Shown here: piece after piece, positions 17,000-26,890 of the stretch | How the letters are laid out: every line of letters begins with the position of its first letter | Position numbering within the stretch: position 1 is the stretch's first letter | Assembly: GCA_046539045.1 (NCBI GenBank) | Contig: JBKHHU010000002.1 | Location: 1-48,292, forward strand | From: Phycisphaerae bacterium | Lineage (GTDB): Bacteria > Planctomycetota > Phycisphaerae > SM23-33 | Direction of reading: 5' to 3' | Length of the DNA stretch: 48,292 nt | The notes under the pieces: model-generated | Databases searched by the model: none | The model's input: the letters and a program-made list of their open reading frames with translations, nothing else | What the model was told of the DNA's origin: nothing | Made by a program: the position numbers and the translations under genes

Positions 17000-18394
17000 C
17001 TACGCTTCCGAGGGGGCTCTTGTCTGCCCCTGTGCTCTTAGTTGTCTTGCGACCTCACTGACGATCGGCATGTATTTGCCCGACGCGGCTGTCTTGATTT
17101 CCGGTACGATTTCGACCCGCACCTCATCATCGCTCTTCAGCCGGGCCCGTGTTGCTTCACGGACTCGCTCCACGCCGTCGGCTGGGAAATTCTCATCCGT
17201 TTCCAGCAGCACCCTGATCTCTCCGATGCGATCCTGTCGGACCTGAAAACGCGTCACGCCTTCGATGCTGCGGCAGATGTAGATGAAGGAGTACCCCGCG
17301 ATCCACTTTCCGCCTTTGGTGACGAAGAAATCGACAATCCGTCCGCCGCTGACCTCGATCGATCGCAGCGAGCGGCCGCATTCGCATCGGCCGTCTTGCA
17401 GGGTGACAATATCTCCCGTGCGGTAGCGGATGATGGGGAAAACCTTGCTGGCGATGTTGGTGAGAACCAGTTCCCCCTCGCCGTCGGTGGGTTCCAGCGT
17501 GTCCGGATCGATCGTTTCCAGAAAGACCTGTTCGTCGCAGGTGTGCATCGTGAAGTGCTCGCACTCGTGCCCGATGAGCCCGCCTTCCCGAAGGCCGTAT
17601 GAGTCGTAAACAGGTGTGTCGAAAGCCTGGGAAATGATCTCGCGGTCTTCATCGGTGAGCATCTCCGAGGTCGTGCAGATCGCCTTGAGCGAACCGTCCC
17701 GACTGAGAACGGAGAGATCCACGCCCTGACGCTCGGCCATGTGGGACAGCAGAACGAGACTGCTCGGGTAGCCAAACAGGCATTTCACGCCCCAGTTTCG
17801 CCAGGCTTCGACCGTGAGGTCGACCTGATCGTCGGTCATCTCCAGCGCGTTGGTAAGCCCGTCGTTGATCAACCAGTCGCGGAAATGTTTGATGCGGTCC
17901 TGCTTGCTCAACTCGACAGGCGATGCCCAGAAGTACATCTCACGGTCGCCTTTGCGGATCCCGATCCATTCGTGGCCTCTCATACGAGCGGCGTTAATCT
18001 GGGCCTCGCGATTGGCATTGGTGTAGAACTGGAGGGCCTCATTGGTGGAGCCGCTGGTGCGGACCAGTTGCAGTCGCGGGCCTTCCTCACGCCATACCAT
18101 TTCCTCCCGCCGCTTCCGTAGCGTGGGCTTTTCCAGGAGCGGGAACTTCTTCAGATCCTCCAGAGACCGGATGTCGTCCGGCTGCAGCTTCCGGGAGTCC
18201 ATCACCTCTCGCCAGTAGGGCGTATGTCTATAGGCGGCGGAGACCAGCTCCTGCAGGCGAAGTAACTGTATTTCCTCCAGGCGTTCTCGCGGCCATGATT
18301 CGCTTCCCCGGAGCTGCTGCAGGATACGGAAGCTCTTCCTGCCGAGCAGGCGTTCCTGTACGCGGTAGAAGGTTCTGGCCATGGGCGTAAGCAT
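17000..18394 (-). CDS. Phenylacetate-CoA ligase-like (PaaK/CapK/F390 synthetase family) adenylate-forming enzyme
   Basis: 464-aa ORF with the typical N-terminal region (...LVSAAYRHTPYWREVM...IRSLEDLKKFPLLEKPTLR) and an SGSTN adenylation motif. Confidence 0.8.
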   Translation of the reverse strand: MLTPMARTFYRVQERLLGRKSFRILQQLRGSESWPRERLEEIQLLRLQELVSAAYRHTPYWREVMDSRKLQPDDIRSLEDLKKFPLLEKPTLRKRREEMVWREEGPRLQLVRTSGSTNEALQFYTNANREAQINAARMRGHEWIGIRKGDREMYFWASPVELSKQDRIKHFRDWLINDGLTNALEMTDDQVDLTVEAWRNWGVKCLFGYPSSLVLLSHMAERQGVDLSVLSRDGSLKAICTTSEMLTDEDREIISQAFDTPVYDSYGLREGGLIGHECEHFTMHTCDEQVFLETIDPDTLEPTDGEGELVLTNIASKVFPIIRYRTGDIVTLQDGRCECGRSLRSIEVSGGRIVDFFVTKGGKWIAGYSFIYICRSIEGVTRFQVRQDRIGEIRVLLETDENFPADGVERVREATRARLKSDDEVRVEIVPEIKTAASGKYMPIVSEVARQLRAQGQTRAPSEA

Positions 18395-18486
18395 GATGTT
18401 CTCCTTTGAGCGTCAACTGATGCCACGTCGAGCGGTCGCGGCACGCGCGCGGGGAATCTCTACGGTCGCTGGCCGGAAGCCCGCCG

Positions 18487-19497
18487 TTACATCCAATACC
18501 AGCGATTGACGCCTTGTACGGCTTTCCGTGTCACGGCCTGTATGGGTTTAACTACCGCGGCCGGTGGCACCTCGCGTGCATGGAAGATGCCTTGGTCGAC
18601 CTCGCCGGCGATGTCGCTGAAGGTGCGTGTGGGATACTGCTGTCTGTTTTCGGCAAGCCATCGGCACAGTTGTCGCAATCGGCGGATGACAACTCGGTTG
18701 GGCCTGCCGCCGTCATAGCGGATGTTGCGGACCTTCATCAGGCTGAAGCTGTGCAGAATGAGCACGGCCTCGGCACCGGCGCTGCATATCTTCCGGACCG
18801 CCGACTGCATTTCGGGGAAGGAGACGCTGACGAGGTCCAGCGGCTTGCATGGATGCAGGGCCGGCAGGCTCGGCTGGCGAAAGCCGGACAAGGCCACTTC
18901 CAGCACCGAACCATACCACCGCGTCCCGTTGAAGGGACGCTCGGCGGAGAATCCGCATTGCCTGCCGGCGTATGTGAACGTGTAGCTACTGTCGACCTGT
19001 ATTCCCGCAGCGGCCAAAGCGGAGAGCGAGTTTTCGTCGGCGGCCATGTTGCCCGCCCGGAACGCCTTGGGGGTCTTGCCGGTGATGCGCTTGAATCTAT
19101 CAGCCCCTTCCCGGACGAGTTCGACCTGGTATTCATACGGCAGCTCGCACAGACGATCGTTGCGGATGTAATCCTCGTTACTGCGGCAGCGGCCGAAGCT
19201 CTTGTGATTCGGGTGAATGTGCAGTTGAACGTCCTGTTCGGCATCCAGCAAATCACTGCAGAAGGCATCAAAACGGCCGGGGTAGCCAATCTCGTCGTCG
19301 AACGGCTCCACGAAGAACGTACCTGCCAGACCATGCTCTCGCAGTATTCCGGTGATCAGTGGCAGGCCGTAGCTCGCCCGTCCGTACCGTCCCAGAACCG
19401 CCCGCTCGGGAGCAACCGGCAGAAGCGTACTGCTGTCCCAGGCTCCGCCCATGGAACATTCCACGTCGATCGTGATGTAGACGCCGGGAGTTCTCAT
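18487..19497 (-). CDS. Polysaccharide deacetylase-like (CE4-like) protein
   Basis: 336-aa ORF with TIDVE near the N-terminus, HIHPNH and FRAGN blocks that loosely fit the CE4 metal/catalytic motifs. It overlaps the upstream gene by 4 nt. Confidence 0.5.
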   Translation of the reverse strand: MRTPGVYITIDVECSMGGAWDSSTLLPVAPERAVLGRYGRASYGLPLITGILREHGLAGTFFVEPFDDEIGYPGRFDAFCSDLLDAEQDVQLHIHPNHKSFGRCRSNEDYIRNDRLCELPYEYQVELVREGADRFKRITGKTPKAFRAGNMAADENSLSALAAAGIQVDSSYTFTYAGRQCGFSAERPFNGTRWYGSVLEVALSGFRQPSLPALHPCKPLDLVSVSFPEMQSAVRKICSAGAEAVLILHSFSLMKVRNIRYDGGRPNRVVIRRLRQLCRWLAENRQQYPTRTFSDIAGEVDQGIFHAREVPPAAVVKPIQAVTRKAVQGVNRWYWM

Positions 19498-20762
19498 GTT
19501 GCGATCTGCTTCTCCTGGCTTCCGAGGATGTCGGTGGATTTGTCACCGAGCCGGCGGACCATGTTGATCCAATCGACGACCGCAGGCTTCGGGTCGCCCA
19601 CGAGCCACGCATCGTCCCGCGTCCATGGGAGGCTGTTCCAGAGGAAGCTGCCCACGCTGCGGATTCTGCTCACATGCTGCTGGTCCGGTGGAAGCGGGTC
19701 GCGCCGGATCATGCCCAGCGCCCAGTTGGCGTCGCCACCGAGGATGCGGGTGCGCATGCCCAGCCGGTACCTGGTGCGTTGCATGTTGTCCGGTTCGAAA
19801 TGGCTCTGCCAAAGCAGCAGCGGGGCGTCGAACCCAGCCATGATGACGGTGGGCAGCCCTCCGATGAATCTCGGATTGATCTCCAGGAAGATGTAATCGT
19901 CTGTCGCCGGGTCGTAATGAAACTGCACGCCCGCTATGCCGTCCCACTCGAGTGCTTTAAGCAGCTTAATGCAGTCGTGGATAACTTGCGGGTGCCGACA
20001 ACTGACCCGCCGGACGGTCACACCACCGGCAAGCGGCATGTGATGCTCGCCGACATATTCACCCACCATGAACGGCTCGCCGTCGTGCATCAGCACCTGC
20101 ACGTGATCCTCCACGCCTGAATGATACTCCTGGACCACCACATTGCTCTCCGCACCCCGGACGTCTCGGGCCAGTTTCTCCAGTGCGGGGTTTCCATCGG
20201 CATAGGCCGCTTTCCATGGGGCACGCTTGACCGATCTATCGTTGAGATTGCGCGTCCGAAGCACCAGCGGATACCGCAGGCCGTTCCTGCCGGACAGGAA
20301 CTGATCCAACGTGGCTCCTTTCGCCACAGGCACTCCGAGGTCGAGACAGAGTTCGTTCATGTACCCTTTGTCCACGGCCTTCTCGAAGCATTCATCCGCC
20401 GGCGAGAACAGGTGGATATCCGGCTCCAGTTCATCCCTGACCTTCATCAGGGCCTTGTGATACGATTCGGCGATCGTCATGACCGAACCGACATCAAGCT
20501 GCCTCGCCAGCTGAATAATCTGCTGTGCGAACCGAGGAGAATGGGACGGGCAGCTCAGCGACCAGGCGCCGTCAGCATAACGGCTGTAGGCGGAGAGTCC
20601 GTTGCTGGTTTTGCAGACGGCGTGCACATTCAGCCCGTAGCGCCCGAGGCTACGCACCACCCAAAGCCCGACCTGCGAGTCTCCCACCACCGCCAGCACC
20701 CGCTTCTCTCGTCTTCGCTTGCTTCGGACCGGTTTGCGGAGCAGTGTCAGTTGATCGCTCAT
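19494..20762 (-). CDS. ATP-grasp domain carboxylate-amine ligase
   Basis: Start ATG 20762 follows AAGGAG and lies 2 nt after the upstream stop. Blocks: RVLAVVG pre-ATP-grasp, VVVQEYHSG and FLEINPRFIGG. Confidence 0.8.
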   Translation of the reverse strand: MSDQLTLLRKPVRSKRRREKRVLAVVGDSQVGLWVVRSLGRYGLNVHAVCKTSNGLSAYSRYADGAWSLSCPSHSPRFAQQIIQLARQLDVGSVMTIAESYHKALMKVRDELEPDIHLFSPADECFEKAVDKGYMNELCLDLGVPVAKGATLDQFLSGRNGLRYPLVLRTRNLNDRSVKRAPWKAAYADGNPALEKLARDVRGAESNVVVQEYHSGVEDHVQVLMHDGEPFMVGEYVGEHHMPLAGGVTVRRVSCRHPQVIHDCIKLLKALEWDGIAGVQFHYDPATDDYIFLEINPRFIGGLPTVIMAGFDAPLLLWQSHFEPDNMQRTRYRLGMRTRILGGDANWALGMIRRDPLPPDQQHVSRIRSVGSFLWNSLPWTRDDAWLVGDPKPAVVDWINMVRRLGDKSTDILGSQEKQIAT

Positions 20763-20764
20763 AT

Positions 20765-21979
20765 TCACCGGCTCCTTTCTGACATGGCTGGGCGGTCTGG
20801 GAGCTTGTGCGAGTCTCCTTCGGGGGAGCCAAGCGCTTCGGCGAATGTGGAAAGCACCCGCTCGGCTACGCCATCCCAACTGCGGACTGCTGGACTGTTG
20901 CGAATGGCCAGGGCATTCCAGTCTTTCCGGAGTGCCTCGTGCAGGCCGTCACGAAGAGCGGCAATCTGGTTGGGCGGCACGATGTGTCCGTTCAGGGGCG
21001 GCTGGATCAGCTGAGGCGTCGCACCAACGCGAGTGGCCACCACCGGTCTTCCGCTCGCCAATGCCTCGAGCACGATATTGGGACATCCTTCCCGCCAGCT
21101 CGGAAGCACGACGATGTTGGCGGCTGCAAGAAAGGTGGGGATGCGCCCATACGGCTGTCGACCCACCAGATGTACTCGCCCCTCCATGCCGAGCCCGGCC
21201 GCTCGTTTGCGGAGGTGGGCGGTGTACCCTCGCTGGGCTTCACCGCCGACGAACACCAGTCTCACGGGCATCGGTAGGCCGGATGCCGCCTCCAGCAGGT
21301 CCTCTTGTCCTTTGCTGGGTTTCAGATGTCCCACGGCAAGCAGAATCGGCAGATCATTCGGCAAGTTCAGTTCGCCGGCCGCCAAAGACTGGTCGCGAGG
21401 TGCAAACCGCTGCAAGTCCACGCCGTTCTCGATGACGGTCAGCTTACCGCGACCGGTCCCCAAATGCTCGGCCACCTCTGCCATCGGTCTGGATACGCTC
21501 AGAACGACCGAGGCCTTGCGCAGGGCGGTTACGCATTGCTGCTTTATGCGCGGGTCTTCAATGGCCGGATACAGCTTGCCCCTCAGCGTGATCGCCAGCG
21601 GCAGATCAAACGATCCGGCCAGATTGGCCACCCCAACCCCGTCCGGCCAGATGAAATGGGCATCAAGGATGTCCGGCCTGAAATTCCGGACTATGTCTCT
21701 TACGCTGTTGACGATTCCCTTGGCGTACAACCTGCCGTCGCGGTGCTTCAGCACAGCGGGTAGATATCGAAACCGGGGCCGGTGGATCGTCAGCCCGTCC
21801 AGTTCTTCTTTGAGAGGCAGATTGCTGGGAGCAGATCTCAGGACCGGAAACACCGGCACCGGGCTGACCACCTGAAGCTCGGCATGCCGTGCCATGGCCG
21901 CGAGTCGCTGGTGGATAAACACCCCCCACGCAGGTCGGGACGGACGCGGATAGCAGTATGAAAAGGAAAGTACTCTCAT
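20765..21979 (-). CDS. Glycosyltransferase family 4 (GT-B)
   Basis: 404-aa ORF with a C-terminal EGCPNIVLEALASGRPVVATRVG (E-x7-E-type) motif. Confidence 0.85.
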   Translation of the reverse strand: MRVLSFSYCYPRPSRPAWGVFIHQRLAAMARHAELQVVSPVPVFPVLRSAPSNLPLKEELDGLTIHRPRFRYLPAVLKHRDGRLYAKGIVNSVRDIVRNFRPDILDAHFIWPDGVGVANLAGSFDLPLAITLRGKLYPAIEDPRIKQQCVTALRKASVVLSVSRPMAEVAEHLGTGRGKLTVIENGVDLQRFAPRDQSLAAGELNLPNDLPILLAVGHLKPSKGQEDLLEAASGLPMPVRLVFVGGEAQRGYTAHLRKRAAGLGMEGRVHLVGRQPYGRIPTFLAAANIVVLPSWREGCPNIVLEALASGRPVVATRVGATPQLIQPPLNGHIVPPNQIAALRDGLHEALRKDWNALAIRNSPAVRSWDGVAERVLSTFAEALGSPEGDSHKLPDRPAMSERSR

Positions 21980-21993
21980 TTTCTCAGTTCAGT

Positions 21994-23109
21994 TTACAGA
22001 GACGTTGTCGCTACGGTTTTCCGGTACATGTTCGAGTAATTGCCGACCATCTGTCGGAGGCTGTAGACCTCACAGGCGCGGGAACGTGCGCGGTGACCGA
22101 GTTGTTTCGCCATCTGGGGATGGGTCAGCAACATGCGCATCGACAGCGTTAGTCGCTCGACGTCGCCCGGCCGGACGATGTTGCCGGCTTTACCCGAATC
22201 CAGCAGTTCAGGCACGCCACCGACCCTGGTAGCAACGCAGGGCAGGCCGGTGGCCATGGCTTCCAGCAGGGCATTTGGGTTCTGCTCACTGTCACTGGGC
22301 AGTACGAACAGGTCCAGTTCGCGCAGGAACTCGGGGATGGTCCGGACGTGTCCGGGCAGATGCAGACGTTGATCGAAACCGCGTTCGGCTGCTCTTCGGG
22401 TCAGTTCATTCCGGAGTTCTCCTTCGCCGGCGATCCGGAGCTCCAGGTCGAACCCTTCGTTCCGCAAACGGCTGCACGCGTCCAGAAGCATTATCTGGTT
22501 TTTGACCGGTCTCAAATTGCCGACGGTGCCGACCACCACCGGTGACCGTTGCGCGTGTTCTCCGGGCGGATGGAACTTTTGTACATCCACGCCGTTTGGC
22601 AGGACGATGACGCGTCCCCTTGGCCAGCCGAATTCGCGGGTGACCAAACGACGGGAGGTCTCACTGACGGTCATCAGGACGGTGGAGGTCCTTCCGAGAA
22701 GATTCGATGCCCAACGTCGGCGGAGCGGCAGGTATCCGGCTCTTCCAAGCCCGTGGAAACTGAGTATCAGCGGCTTATCTCCGCCGTTGAGCACGCGAGC
22801 CAGCGCGATATCGGCCCAGGCTCCCCAGTTGCGAGCGTGGATCACGTCCGGATTGATCTGCCGGATCAGGCGAAGCAGTCGCAAAGGAAGACCGGGCTCG
22901 TTGGGTCGGGCCCTCATGCAGATGATGGGGATGTCGGGCGATAGCAGATGAGCGATCGCCGGTTTGGATCTCAGGCAGATTACGCTATGGCAGAATTGCG
23001 GACTTCCCAGTGACCGAACCACCTTGGCCATGGTCAATTCCATACCGCCGGGAAGCAATCCAGGCATGACGTGCAGAATGTGCACCGGCTTGTGGCAATC
23101 GCAGACCAT
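21994..23109 (-). CDS. Glycosyltransferase family 4 (GT-B)
   Basis: 371-aa ORF with SEQNPNALLEAMATGLPCVATRVGGVPELL. Confidence 0.85.
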   Translation of the reverse strand: MVCDCHKPVHILHVMPGLLPGGMELTMAKVVRSLGSPQFCHSVICLRSKPAIAHLLSPDIPIICMRARPNEPGLPLRLLRLIRQINPDVIHARNWGAWADIALARVLNGGDKPLILSFHGLGRAGYLPLRRRWASNLLGRTSTVLMTVSETSRRLVTREFGWPRGRVIVLPNGVDVQKFHPPGEHAQRSPVVVGTVGNLRPVKNQIMLLDACSRLRNEGFDLELRIAGEGELRNELTRRAAERGFDQRLHLPGHVRTIPEFLRELDLFVLPSDSEQNPNALLEAMATGLPCVATRVGGVPELLDSGKAGNIVRPGDVERLTLSMRMLLTHPQMAKQLGHRARSRACEVYSLRQMVGNYSNMYRKTVATTSL

Positions 23110-24483
23110 CTACTCCTCCATACTCAAAGCGCCTGCCGGGGCGGGCGTCCTTTGCGGCTTGGGTGGCGTCAGTGCGACAGCCGGTTGAGGCTCCCGAAGG
23201 TCCTCTCGGATGTTCTCGGTCACCCGCCGCAGCGCGATCGGCATGGCGATGAACCACCAGAGCGACTCCTGGTAGAGCAGGGTAGTCGTCATCCCGCAGG
23301 CGATGTTGGCGATCAGGCAGATCAGGAATCCGTACGCCGTCCAGGTAACTTGGTCGCCGTGAGGCTCGGGCAGCCTTTTTCCGATCTGCATCAGTTGCCA
23401 GCAGGTTCGGACCGCATAGCCCAACACCAGACAGAAAACAATCAGCCCGGGAATGCCAAGCTCGCCAACGCACCGCACGAACGTGTTGTGGGCGTCACGG
23501 CCCTGGTGTTCTCTGGCATACGAGCCGATCCTCTGATAGAAGTTTCCTACGCCGACTCCCAGCGGATTGCTCTTGAGCATCTGCATGGTGGCCTTCCAGA
23601 TTTCGATGCGGCTCTCTGCCGACGCGTCGCGCTGCTCGCCTTCATCGACAATGATGGTGCTTGCGCGTTTCAGGAACTGCGGGTCGGAAAGATACCAACC
23701 GCCGAGCAGCGCTACGAGAAGCCCCCCTGCAATGTGCTTGCGGTATCTCCTGGGACTAAACAGCAAAGCCGCGGCACCGGCAACCGCTGCTCCGACCATC
23801 GCACCGCGACTCCGGCAGAGGATGATGGTGTTTGCCACGAATGCTGCCGGGAACAGCAGTGCGATCCTTCCGGGCCATCGGGACCGCATGAACATTACCC
23901 CCATCAGAGGAAGAAGGGGGACAAGAAACGACACCAGTCGATTCGAGTCGCCGAAATCCGCGCCGCCGACACCTTCCAGACGACCCCGGACAAACTGGGA
24001 CCGCGGTGTGTTGTATGCCTGCGTACCGAGGATAAAGGCGCTGATCAGAATCACCCAGAGCAGGGCGTCCAGCTTCCGCCGGGTGGTGGCTATGTGTGTC
24101 ATCATCAGCAGGAAAATGACAACCTTCGTCAGTTTCATCGACGGGTGATCGACGGTGGTATACCTGTTCACGCTGGTCGGGCTCGTCATAGTGGAAATCC
24201 ACACGAGGCCCAGGAACAGGATGATCAGGATTTCACCTCGATGGAGCAGTTTGGCTCCGTACCGCAGGCGGGAGAAACTGAACAGGAAGCCCACGGCCGT
24301 CGCGAGCGCGAGCATGTACGAGTACCGCAGTCCATAGTGACTGACCGCCCCGGCCCACCATTGTCGTTCCGGTCCGATGATGTAGTGGGCCATATAGCCT
24401 CCCACGCCGAAGATCGGCATGGCCAGCGCCAACAGGCACGATGCACCGAACAGGCCCAGAAATAGCAGTGATCTCAGTGGCAT
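23110..24483 (-). CDS. O-antigen ligase/polymerase-like (Wzy_C family) membrane protein
   Basis: 457-aa polytopic ORF. It has a central loop with an RSRGA..G block followed by a large periplasmic-like segment, typical of Wzy/WaaL-type proteins in EPS loci. Confidence 0.7.
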   Translation of the reverse strand: MPLRSLLFLGLFGASCLLALAMPIFGVGGYMAHYIIGPERQWWAGAVSHYGLRYSYMLALATAVGFLFSFSRLRYGAKLLHRGEILIILFLGLVWISTMTSPTSVNRYTTVDHPSMKLTKVVIFLLMMTHIATTRRKLDALLWVILISAFILGTQAYNTPRSQFVRGRLEGVGGADFGDSNRLVSFLVPLLPLMGVMFMRSRWPGRIALLFPAAFVANTIILCRSRGAMVGAAVAGAAALLFSPRRYRKHIAGGLLVALLGGWYLSDPQFLKRASTIIVDEGEQRDASAESRIEIWKATMQMLKSNPLGVGVGNFYQRIGSYAREHQGRDAHNTFVRCVGELGIPGLIVFCLVLGYAVRTCWQLMQIGKRLPEPHGDQVTWTAYGFLICLIANIACGMTTTLLYQESLWWFIAMPIALRRVTENIREDLREPQPAVALTPPKPQRTPAPAGALSMEE

Positions 24484-25670
24484 TGCGTCTTCTCCGCGGT
24501 GTACTGAGGCTGGTACTGCCCTGTGAGGGCCCGCAGCTTATTGGCGGCGGCAGGCCATGTGAAGTGCTCGCGGACAATTCGTCTGCCCGCTGCACCCATG
24601 CTCTCTTGCGTGGCGCGACTTCGCAGAATTCGCAGGGCCTGCTGGCCGATCGTTTTGGCGCCCTGAGCCACGGCCAGCGCCGAGTGGGCATCTTCCGGGA
24701 GTCCCTGAAGCGCCCGCGGTGTGGTGACTACTGCAGCCCCGGCAGCCCAGGCTTCCAGGATCTTGTTCTTGATGCCCGTCCCGATTCGCATCGGCAGAAC
24801 AACCGCTCCCGCCGACCAGAGATAGGGTCGGACGTCCTCAACCCTGCCGGTAACTTCCACCCGTTCGGAGGCCAGACTTGCCACACGATCCGTGACGTCG
24901 GCGCCTACGATCGTCACACGCACCTGGGGTCGGCGCAGCTGGACGTAAGGGAGGATGTCGCGAGCCAGAAACTCCGCAGCGTCTTCATTCGGCGGATGGC
25001 TCATGTGGCCGAGGAACACGAGGCGGTTCTGGTCCCGCGGTTCGGCGTCTTCGGGCGGGGCGAAAAACTCGGCATCAACACCATTGGGGATGACGGCCGT
25101 GGGGGTACCGTCAACGCGTCTGGAGAAGCTGTCGGCATCGTCGGATGTCACGAACACCGCGCAGTTTACATGTTCCATGCAGTATCGTTCGTAGTTCGGT
25201 TCACCGAGAAGGAACTTCATCCGACGGGCCAGGCGTACCGGAGCCGGGTTGCGGAACAGCTTGCGGCGGGCTTCCAGAACAGGGTCGTCCACCATCTCGC
25301 TGATGACAGTCCCCGAACGGTTTGCCTCTCGGGAGTATTGCAGAACCGTCTGGCCTTCCAGAACCGTGGCGTCATATTCCCCGGCATGCCGTTCGACAGC
25401 CCGGGCGAAGTCCGGATCGTAGGCGTGAGTGGCCAATCTGCACCGTCCCGGGCCTTTGGGGCAATGCCTGCCCGGAAGCAGTTCGGCTATTCCTACCCCG
25501 GCATTGCCATAGGCCTCTACGCCTTCAGAGTCGCCATCGAAGCTCAGCAGGTCCACGTGATCGCCCAGACTCACGAGCGTCCGAGCCAGATGATACACGC
25601 GAAGCCATCGCCCATTGATGATCGGCCAGGGCATTCTCGGGCAAACGAATAGCCATTTTCTGTCGTTCAT
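24474..25670 (-). CDS. Glycosyltransferase family 4-like
   Basis: 398-aa ORF with RIGTGIKNKILEAWAAGAAVVTT. Confidence 0.8.
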   Translation of the reverse strand: MNDRKWLFVCPRMPWPIINGRWLRVYHLARTLVSLGDHVDLLSFDGDSEGVEAYGNAGVGIAELLPGRHCPKGPGRCRLATHAYDPDFARAVERHAGEYDATVLEGQTVLQYSREANRSGTVISEMVDDPVLEARRKLFRNPAPVRLARRMKFLLGEPNYERYCMEHVNCAVFVTSDDADSFSRRVDGTPTAVIPNGVDAEFFAPPEDAEPRDQNRLVFLGHMSHPPNEDAAEFLARDILPYVQLRRPQVRVTIVGADVTDRVASLASERVEVTGRVEDVRPYLWSAGAVVLPMRIGTGIKNKILEAWAAGAAVVTTPRALQGLPEDAHSALAVAQGAKTIGQQALRILRSRATQESMGAAGRRIVREHFTWPAAANKLRALTGQYQPQYTAEKTQCH

Positions 25671-26890
25671 CGCAACCCCTCCTTTCGGGTGCGGGGCCCG
25701 GCGCTCTGTCGTCCGGTCAGGAGATACTGCTGGATCGTGTCGATATACGCGTCCCAGTCGTGTTGTGAGACAGCCAGTTCACGGGCCGCCAGTCCCATCG
25801 GTCGAAGCATGTGAGGCGAGCCGGCAATCTCTTCCAGCACGAGGCGCAGTGAAATCTCTGAATCCAGGTCGTAGATGAACCCGTGTATGCCTTCCTGGAT
25901 CAGATGTGGAAGCGGGCTGACCGTTCGGGGGTAATTGTCGGCAGGGCCAATGACCGGCAGGCCGTATGCCATCGACTGCAGGTACACTTGCGGTGAGAAC
26001 TCCATACGGACAGCATGCACCAGAACATCCGCGGCAGCACAGCCTTCACTCATTTCCGCCTGCGCTCCGAGGAAGCGCACCCGGTCCAGCAGCCCGCTCT
26101 TTTTGGCGCGGAATTCAACCTCCTCCAACTCAGGACCGGACCCAGCCACCCAGAGCATGATGTTGGGAGCCTTCGCGTTCTGCAGTACTTTCAGCAGGAA
26201 TGTCACGTTGTCGGCGTCGATGGGTTGACGGGCTGCCAGCAGGACCGTCGCGTTGGCCGGGGTGTGGAAGCGTGCTCGGAGAATATCGCGTCGGACGGGA
26301 TGCTGTTTCAGATCAAGCACTCCGGGTACGGCAATGTCCAGCCGGCCCTCCATTCGCGAGCAGGCGGTCAGTACAGGACGGACCGATGCGGGCGAAGGTA
26401 CCAGCGTCTGATCGCTGCGCCTCAAAGCGAGCACCTGAGCCCGCCGGAGCAGGTGTCGGTGGAGGAATCTCAGCCAGTGGTGACGCCGTATGGAGGTGGG
26501 TCCGGCGTCCGGCTGATAGAAGCCTGCGAAAAGATAGATGATCCTCACTCTCGGCCAGACGCACCGGGCCGCGTTGACATAGAACGGGCAGAGCGTCAGC
26601 AGCACGTCCGGTTCCTCGACCTGGTACCGCATGACGTGCACCAGGTTCTGATGCAGGGAGAGGACAGGCATATGCGCCAGACGCCGCAAAACGCCGGCAG
26701 AACTGTCGCCATGGAAGATGGTAGGCACGCCCCGGATCAGATCAATACCTCGCTGATTGGGTGCGTCGCTGCGGGAGAGGACCGTTACCGCATGGCCCCG
26801 CTGCTGCAGAGACGAGGCCAGTTGCAGAGCGAAGGAGACATTTTCTCCCCGTCGTGATACATCCGAAAAACATGTAACGAGAATCCTCAT
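25667..26890 (-). CDS. Glycosyltransferase (GT-B, family 4-like, divergent)
   Basis: 407-aa ORF with MRILVTCFS... at the N-terminus and EFSPQVYLQSMAYGLPVIG at the C-terminus. Confidence 0.7.
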   Translation of the reverse strand: MRILVTCFSDVSRRGENVSFALQLASSLQQRGHAVTVLSRSDAPNQRGIDLIRGVPTIFHGDSSAGVLRRLAHMPVLSLHQNLVHVMRYQVEEPDVLLTLCPFYVNAARCVWPRVRIIYLFAGFYQPDAGPTSIRRHHWLRFLHRHLLRRAQVLALRRSDQTLVPSPASVRPVLTACSRMEGRLDIAVPGVLDLKQHPVRRDILRARFHTPANATVLLAARQPIDADNVTFLLKVLQNAKAPNIMLWVAGSGPELEEVEFRAKKSGLLDRVRFLGAQAEMSEGCAAADVLVHAVRMEFSPQVYLQSMAYGLPVIGPADNYPRTVSPLPHLIQEGIHGFIYDLDSEISLRLVLEEIAGSPHMLRPMGLAARELAVSQHDWDAYIDTIQQYLLTGRQSAGPRTRKEGLR

